From: Planctomycetota bacterium
GTDB taxonomy: Bacteria > Planctomycetota > UBA1135 > UBA2386
NCBI GenBank assembly: GCA_965228735.1
Contig: OZ245838.1
Span: 7,008,001-7,072,000 of the forward strand
DNA length: 64,000 bases
Direction: 5' to 3'
Shown here: positions 58,391 to 64,000 of the stretch, in pieces
How positions within the stretch are numbered: position 1 is the first letter of the stretch
Layout: the number at the start of each line of letters is the position of its first letter
Notes under the pieces: generated by a model
What the model was told of the DNA's origin: nothing
What the model saw: the letters and a program-made list of their open reading frames with translations, nothing else
Databases searched by the model: none
Translations under genes and position numbers: made by a program

Positions 58391-60221
58391 AGGGGTTGGT
58401 GTCTGTGCCAGGTACGGTACGCAACCCCCGGACGACGGGGTTGGCGTCGAACGCGGCTTCGTCCGCCAGCTCTGCGACGCGGCACGTGTCGCGCGGGCGG
58501 CTCGCGAGCGCGAGGTAGGCGGCGCGGCGAGTCCACGGGTTGGCGTGGGTCGTGTGCTGTGCGATGCGAATAGTGAGGTCGTTCGGCCAGTTCGGCAGTC
58601 GGCGGGCCGCGAGCAGCAGGCTGCGCAGTTCGCCGCCGCGTTCGGGGAAGACCCTCGCCAGCTGGTTGCGCAGTTCTTTGCCGCTCGCCGGCGAACGGGC
58701 CACCGCAGTGAGCATCGCGGCGTGCAGCTCGCGGAGACGGTGCTGCATCGCGTCCTTCTCGTTGCCTTCGGGCACCGGCAGATCCAACTCGATCGCGACT
58801 TCCCAGGCGATGCCGACGCGACCTCGGCGCTCGCCGATCGTCGTGCGGACCCATTCGGTCAGCGCTTCGGTCCCGGGCGTCCCCAGGCTGGCCGCGCAGA
58901 GCGCGGCCGCGTGCGCGGTGGCGTGATCGGCGCCGCGCCACAGCCGTTCCAACGTGGCGATCGCACGCGCCCGAGCGCGCGCCGGCGGTCGTGGCGCAGA
59001 GCGCAGAACCATCCCGAGGTAGCCGCGGCGATCGGTGTCTTTCGCCTGCCGCGGAGCAGCGGCGACGGCACCGGTCAGGTCGCACCCCGCGGGGTTGCCG
59101 AGGGCGCGCCACATGCGCAGGAGATCCAGCGCGCCGTAGTTCTCGAGCCGGAGATCGTCGATCGCGAACGGTTGATTCCGGTCGGCGGCGAGGCGTTCGA
59201 GCCGATGCCGCGCCGCGACTGCGGTCGCGGCCTCGTACTCCGACGCGGCGAGGTTCGCGCGATACCAGTCGAACCTGCCTTCCGGCAACTGCGGCAGAAC
59301 GGCCACGAGCGTGGCGATCACGCCGCGCCGCCAGTCGTTGAGGCCCTCCGGCGCGGGCGGCGGCCACTTCTCCAGGCCGCGCGAGTACCAGCCGAACATC
59401 CGCGTGGCGACTTCGGCGTTCGTGCGCGGTGCGCCCAGCAGGTGGCAGGTCAACTTGAAGTTGCCGGGCAGCGGGCTGCGCGTGATGGCGAGCATCCGCT
59501 CCGGGTCGCCGAAGACCGACGCCAGCGCGAGTGTCCGGGACGCGGCGTCGTGCGGACTGCGGATCGGCAGGACGCTCGTCCGCGTCGGCGCGGTCACCGA
59601 CCCGGCCTGCCAGTTGCCGAGTTTCACCGCGCGGTTGCCCGGCGCGCCGAGCGCGTCGGCCATCGCTTCGATGCGTGGTGCGAGACCGCCCGCATCCGGG
59701 TGCGCATCGAGCAGCCACACGAGCCGCTCGAACGCCGGCTGCGCGACGGCCTCCTCGCGGTCGAGCAGGGCGAACAACAGGTTCGCGAGCCGGTCTGGGT
59801 CGGCGGTCAACCCGGCGCGCTCGCCGATGCTCGCGATCGCGAACGTGGCGAGCACGGGATCTGGCGTGGTCGCCGCGAGTCCGAGCAACGCTTCGCCGCC
59901 GGTCGGGTCCCGCCGCGACGCGGAGCGGAACGACTGCTGCGGGCCAGCCCCGGCAGCCGCGCCGGTCCGGCCGCCGCCGTAGCTCTGCAACCCGCGTTCG
60001 ACCGCCCGCATCGCGGCGAGCTCGTCCGCGCGCCAATCCGCGCGGCGGACGCGAGTCTTCGGCGGCAGCCCGAGCGTGCGGCGCCGGTCCGCGAGCTCCC
60101 GTAGCCGCGCGGCGGCCCCATCCGCGAGCCGAACGTGGACGACCTCGGCCGTGGGCTCCTGCGGCCGGGGTGCCGCCAGCGGGGTCGAGGCGAGGAGCGA
60201 GAGCGCGGCGGATCCGAGCAT
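58362..60221 (-). CDS. Secreted hypothetical protein, HEAT/ARM-like helical repeats
   Basis: Signal-peptide-like N-terminus; Ala/Arg/Leu-rich helices (NPWTRRAAYLAL, DANPVVR). Start uncertain (60221 or 60275). Confidence 0.5.
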   Translation of the reverse strand: MLGSAALSLLASTPLAAPRPQEPTAEVVHVRLADGAAARLRELADRRRTLGLPPKTRVRRADWRADELAAMRAVERGLQSYGGGRTGAAAGAGPQQSFRSASRRDPTGGEALLGLAATTPDPVLATFAIASIGERAGLTADPDRLANLLFALLDREEAVAQPAFERLVWLLDAHPDAGGLAPRIEAMADALGAPGNRAVKLGNWQAGSVTAPTRTSVLPIRSPHDAASRTLALASVFGDPERMLAITRSPLPGNFKLTCHLLGAPRTNAEVATRMFGWYSRGLEKWPPPAPEGLNDWRRGVIATLVAVLPQLPEGRFDWYRANLAASEYEAATAVAARHRLERLAADRNQPFAIDDLRLENYGALDLLRMWRALGNPAGCDLTGAVAAAPRQAKDTDRRGYLGMVLRSAPRPPARARARAIATLERLWRGADHATAHAAALCAASLGTPGTEALTEWVRTTIGERRGRVGIAWEVAIELDLPVPEGNEKDAMQHRLRELHAAMLTAVARSPASGKELRNQLARVFPERGGELRSLLLAARRLPNWPNDLTIRIAQHTTHANPWTRRAAYLALASRPRDTCRVAELADEAAFDANPVVRGLRTVPGTDTNPFRRGVRRSR

Positions 60222-60341
60222 GCTGAGTCCTGCGAGTCGGGTCGACGTCGCCTGACTTGGCGACGCAAAGTTCACGGCAGAGTAGAGCGATCTGCTGGCG
60301 CGGGCAACCGGCCGCCGCGAACGGCCCGGGGGGCCAGCCCT

Positions 60342-60378
60342 GTTGGACCGGCCAGCGTTGGACCGGCGTTGGACCGGC
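60342..60378. repeat. Short tandem repeat GTTGGACCGGC x3
   Basis: Copies at 60342, 60357 and 60368, immediately after the ECF stop codon. Confidence 0.7.
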
Positions 60379-61013
60379 TAGGCCAGGCGATCCAGGTCGG
60401 ACGTGACGTCGCCGCGCCGCAGCGCGTGGACCTGCTCCGCGAGCCGCTTCAACGCCCGGCTGTGCCGCATCCGCGCCGCGTTCTCGCTGATCCCGAGCAG
60501 CTCGCCCAGCTCCTTGAACGGCACCTTGTCCCACAGCCGCATGTGGATCACGCGCTGGTCCTCCTCGTCGAGCAGGTCGATCGCGAGGCGGACCCATTCA
60601 CGGCGTTCTTCACGGTCCATCACCTGGCTCGGCCGCGTCACGTCGCGGTCGGGCGGGTCGAGGTGCAGGATGCTGTCCGAACCGATCGGTCGTTCGAGGT
60701 CGGCGTCGCGGCGCTGTCGCCGCAGCCAGCGCTGACCGTCGACGATGTCGCTCGCGATGATGCGCGCGACCAGGGCGCGGAAGTGTTCGCGGTCGGCGAT
60801 CTCGAACCGCGGTCCGAGCTCCATCACCTGGACCATCGCGTCCTGCACGAGGTCGACGGACTCGACCTTGTCGCGCAAACGGCCGGCGAGCTTCTTGCGC
60901 ACGTAGGCGTGGATCCACGGCAGGTTGTCGCGGATGAGCTCGTCGAGCGCCGAACGGTCGCCACCGTGCCAGCGACGCAGCAGTTGCAGGGTATCGGCGG
61001 AGCCGGAGCTCAT
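60378..61013 (-). CDS. ECF sigma-70 factor (planctomycete kinase-associated type)
   Basis: LLRRWHGGDRSALDEL, ESVDLVQD, TRPSQ, SENAARMRHSRALKRL. Alternative start 61064 overlaps the kinase stop (ATGA). Confidence 0.9.
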   Translation of the reverse strand: MSSGSADTLQLLRRWHGGDRSALDELIRDNLPWIHAYVRKKLAGRLRDKVESVDLVQDAMVQVMELGPRFEIADREHFRALVARIIASDIVDGQRWLRRQRRDADLERPIGSDSILHLDPPDRDVTRPSQVMDREERREWVRLAIDLLDEEDQRVIHMRLWDKVPFKELGELLGISENAARMRHSRALKRLAEQVHALRRGDVTSDLDRLA

Positions 61014-61060
61014 GGCGGCATTGGAGGCCGCGCGGGGTGCGGCGTCAAACACCGCCGCCG

Positions 61061-64000
61061 TCATCGTTCGAAGCGGGCGCGGAGCTCCCGGAACTTCGGG
61101 TGGTCCCGCAGTGCCGCGAGATCGGGGCGCTCGAGCAGGTGCAGGGCCTCGTCGCGGTCGTGGGGCAGGGCGGCATCGATCCAACCGCACGCCAGATCGC
61201 GCATCGTCGCGCCGCGCTGCTCGGCTTCGGCTTCGTCGAGCAGGCCGATCGCGGTGATGAGGAAGCGCACGCCCTGCAACAGGCGGCTGCGATCCATCGG
61301 CGCGAGCTCGACCGTGCCGATCGCGGCGCGCTCGAGCAGTTCGGGGCTCTTCATCCGCGCCGCGGTCTGCGCGAGCAGGTTGTAGTGCACGGCCAGATAA
61401 CTGCGGGCCGTCTCGTTGTTGGGCGACTGGTTCAGCGCCGTCGTCTGCAGCTCGATGGCCTCGTCGAGCATCTCGAACGCCTCGGCCGGCGGGCGACCGG
61501 AGAAGCGCAGCAACCAGTTCGCGCGGTTGCTGAGCAGACCGCCGAGCGCCGTGCGATAGCGCGGCACGTCCGGCCACTGCTCGATCAGCTGGCGCAGGAC
61601 CTTCATGCCGGCCGCGAAGTGGTGCTCGAGCACGTCGACGTCGCGCGCGACCTTCATGTACTCGACCTGGGCGCGCACCTTGTGCGCCGTCGCGAGGTTG
61701 AACATGTCGTCGGGCTGGGCGCCGGGCCGCGACGCGAGGTCCTCGGCGATCGGGAGCAGGCGCGCGATCGCCTTCGCGGCCGCCGGCACGGTCTTGTTCT
61801 TCGCCGACTGCTGCATGGCCTGCACGAGCTCGAGGTGCAGCAGGTCGCGGCGGTAGAACGGCGTGTTCGGGAACTTGTCGCAGAGGTCGCGCAGGATGCG
61901 CAGGCCGGCCTCGCGGTGATCGCGGCTCTGGTCCTGGACCCCGAGCCGGCGGCTCACGTCGGCGAGCCCGAGGTGCACACGCGCGAGGCGGAAGAGGTAC
62001 GGCGGGAAGCCGGGGCGCTCCGTGAGGAGTTGGTCGAGCAGCTCTTTGGCGCCGAGGAAGTGATCGCGCGCCGCGATCAGGCGGCCGCGGCCCAGCAGGA
62101 TCGACGCCAGGTTGGTGCGGCTGAGCACGTAGAGTCGGGTCGACTCGACGTCCTCCGGGTCCTCGAGGGCGAGTTCGCGCCAGATCGCGGTCGCGCGTTC
62201 GGTGTACTCCTGCGCTTCCGCCGTCGGCTGGATGCGCATCGCATGGCGCCGACGGGCGTCGAGCAGCATGGCGCGCGCCGAGCGGGCGTCGCGCCAGCGT
62301 TGCGCCGACAGCTTCGTGCGCTGCAACGCGCCGAGCAGGGACTCGGCGCGCTCGATGTCCGGCATCGCCTCGTCGAAGCGCCGCAGGTCGAGCAGGGCCT
62401 GGGCGCGTGATTCGTGCATCACGGCGAGGTCGATCGTCGCGATGATCGGGAGGCGGTTGTCGGGGAACCCGGTGCGCATCAACTCGATCGCCTCACTCAG
62501 CGAGGCCAGAGCACCCTCGGGCTGCGCCAGCGACTGCTGCATCTTGGCGAGCGAGCCGCGCGCTCGGGCCGCCTCGTAGAGCAGCATCGGGTCGTCGGCC
62601 GCGATCTCGACGAACTGATCGCTGAGCTCCGTCGCGTCCTCGAGCAGCTGGATCCGCAGCGGTTCGGTGTGTGGCAGCGCCTCGAGCTCGTACTCGGCGA
62701 CGCGGGTGTAGAGTCGCCGCACCGCGGAGCGCGCCTGGGTGAGGAAGCGCTGCGCGAGCTCGTGCTGTTCCTGGGTCCGCTGCTTCTCCGCGGCGAGCTC
62801 GTCGCGCGCGTTCTTGAAGTGAACCATCGCCGCGAGCGGCGTCACGACGAGGAGCAGGAACGCGAAGACGCCGGCCAGGGTCGCCGCGGGCTTGCGGCGG
62901 GCGAAGCGCAGCGCCTTGAACAGCGGCGAGATCGGTCGTGCGGCGATGGGTTCGCGCGCGAGATAGCGCCGCAGGTCTTCCGCGAGTTCCTGCGCGGAGT
63001 AGCGTCGGCGCGGGTCCTTCTCGAGGCTCTTGAGCGCGATCGTCTCGAGGTCGCGCGGCACGTTGGGGCTGCGGGAGCGCAGCGCCGGCGGCTCGTGGGT
63101 CGCGATCGCGTTCATCACCTGCCGCGTCGTGCTGCCGGAGAACGGCGCGGACAAGGTCAGCAGCTCGTAGAGCACGACGCCGAGCGAGAACACGTCGCTG
63201 CGACCGTCGATCGGCGCGCGACCGGCCTCGACCTGCTCCGGGCTCACGTACTGCGGCGTGCCGGCGAACTCGCCCGTGTGGGAGAGGCTCGCGGCCTCGA
63301 GGTCCTTCGCGAGGCCGAAGTCGACGACGCACACCTGGCCCGTCTCCGAGATGAGCACGTTCTGCGGCTTGATGTCACGGTGCACGACGCCGCGGTCGTG
63401 CGAGTATGCGAGCGCCTCGGCGATGCGGGCCGTGAGTTCGGCGATCTGGTCGAAGTAGTTCTGACCCGCGGTGCCGCTCGCCGCGGTCGCCGTCTTCGCT
63501 GCCGCGCCCGACTCGTGGAAGCGCGTCGTGACGAGCACGTCGCGGCTGCCGAGGCGTGACGCGTCGCCGCGGACGCGGGCCTTCACCTCGTCCATGACGA
63601 CGCGCAGGCTCTTGCCCTCGACGAGCTCCATCGCGATGAAGTGCGTGCCGTCGTGCTCGCCGACCGCGTGGATCCGGACGATGTCTCTGTGCACGAGTTT
63701 GGCCGCCGCGGCGGCCTCACGGCGGAAGCGTTCGACCTGGCGCCGGGACAGCGTGAGCGAGGGCGACAGGACCTTGAGCGCGATGCGGCGACCGAGCGAC
63801 TGCTCGACCGCTTCGTAGACGATGCCCATGCCGCCCCGTCCGAGCTCGCGACCGAGGCGATAGTCCCCGAGTCGGCGCTCGTCGGCGGCGTCGCCCTCGC
63901 CGGCCGTGCCCGGGCGATCGTCGAGCATCGGCTCGAGCAGGTCGCGGATCCGTTCGTTCTGCTCGAGATAGTCGTCCACCGACTCGCGCTCCGCCGGGTT
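61061..64000 (-). CDS. Ser/Thr protein kinase with TM helix and TPR-like C-terminus (5' end outside the window)
   Basis: GRGGMGIVY, ALK, HRDIKPQN, DFG, GTPQYVSPEQ, DVFSLG, VPRDLETI. Frame is open to the window edge. Confidence 0.93.
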   Translation of the reverse strand, partial: NPAERESVDDYLEQNERIRDLLEPMLDDRPGTAGEGDAADERRLGDYRLGRELGRGGMGIVYEAVEQSLGRRIALKVLSPSLTLSRRQVERFRREAAAAAKLVHRDIVRIHAVGEHDGTHFIAMELVEGKSLRVVMDEVKARVRGDASRLGSRDVLVTTRFHESGAAAKTATAASGTAGQNYFDQIAELTARIAEALAYSHDRGVVHRDIKPQNVLISETGQVCVVDFGLAKDLEAASLSHTGEFAGTPQYVSPEQVEAGRAPIDGRSDVFSLGVVLYELLTLSAPFSGSTTRQVMNAIATHEPPALRSRSPNVPRDLETIALKSLEKDPRRRYSAQELAEDLRRYLAREPIAARPISPLFKALRFARRKPAATLAGVFAFLLLVVTPLAAMVHFKNARDELAAEKQRTQEQHELAQRFLTQARSAVRRLYTRVAEYELEALPHTEPLRIQLLEDATELSDQFVEIAADDPMLLYEAARARGSLAKMQQSLAQPEGALASLSEAIELMRTGFPDNRLPIIATIDLAVMHESRAQALLDLRRFDEAMPDIERAESLLGALQRTKLSAQRWRDARSARAMLLDARRRHAMRIQPTAEAQEYTERATAIWRELALEDPEDVESTRLYVLSRTNLASILLGRGRLIAARDHFLGAKELLDQLLTERPGFPPYLFRLARVHLGLADVSRRLGVQDQSRDHREAGLRILRDLCDKFPNTPFYRRDLLHLELVQAMQQSAKNKTVPAAAKAIARLLPIAEDLASRPGAQPDDMFNLATAHKVRAQVEYMKVARDVDVLEHHFAAGMKVLRQLIEQWPDVPRYRTALGGLLSNRANWLLRFSGRPPAEAFEMLDEAIELQTTALNQSPNNETARSYLAVHYNLLAQTAARMKSPELLERAAIGTVELAPMDRSRLLQGVRFLITAIGLLDEAEAEQRGATMRDLACGWIDAALPHDRDEALHLLERPDLAALRDHPKFRELRARFER

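Noticed and set aside
60342..60378. GTTGGACCGGC x3 as a mini-CRISPR or operator array
   Set aside because: Only 11-bp units with 0-4 nt spacing, and similar to the adjacent end of the ECF coding sequence; most simply local slippage duplication.

Overview
High-GC (about 70%) bacterial window, most likely from a Planctomycetota genome. This is an inference from the ECF sigma/Ser-Thr kinase pair, BlaI/M56 pair, sulfatase, SASA esterase and secreted proteins with a YGxGC C-terminal domain. The first ~30 kb is a large surface-glycan locus: ugd, UDP-xylose synthase, galE, manA, 12 glycosyltransferase genes (one a 1250-aa GT2/coiled-coil/degenerate-GT4 fusion), three NodH/Stf0-like sulfotransferases, a methyltransferase and SGNH proteins. 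It is followed by a glycan O-acetylesterase, a sulfatase and a DUF2723/TMEM260-like GT-C. The rest holds secreted MAM and PKD proteins, BlaI/BlaR1, a tandem di-heme (DHOR/DUF1111) pair, a Crp/Fnr regulator with a perfect FNR-type box upstream of a serine hydrolase-beta-propeller fusion, DUF1615-like, CNNM and FGE-fold genes, and two Ser/Thr kinases with an ECF sigma factor. The main non-coding signals are a ~500-bp nested inverted-repeat element at 43088-43583 abutting two stop codons, a TANNNT-(6-7 nt)-start leaderless signature at 10 genes, and a probable internal translation start in BlaR1. No rRNA, tRNA, CRISPR array or transposase was recognised. All family calls come from motif recognition only; no searches were run.
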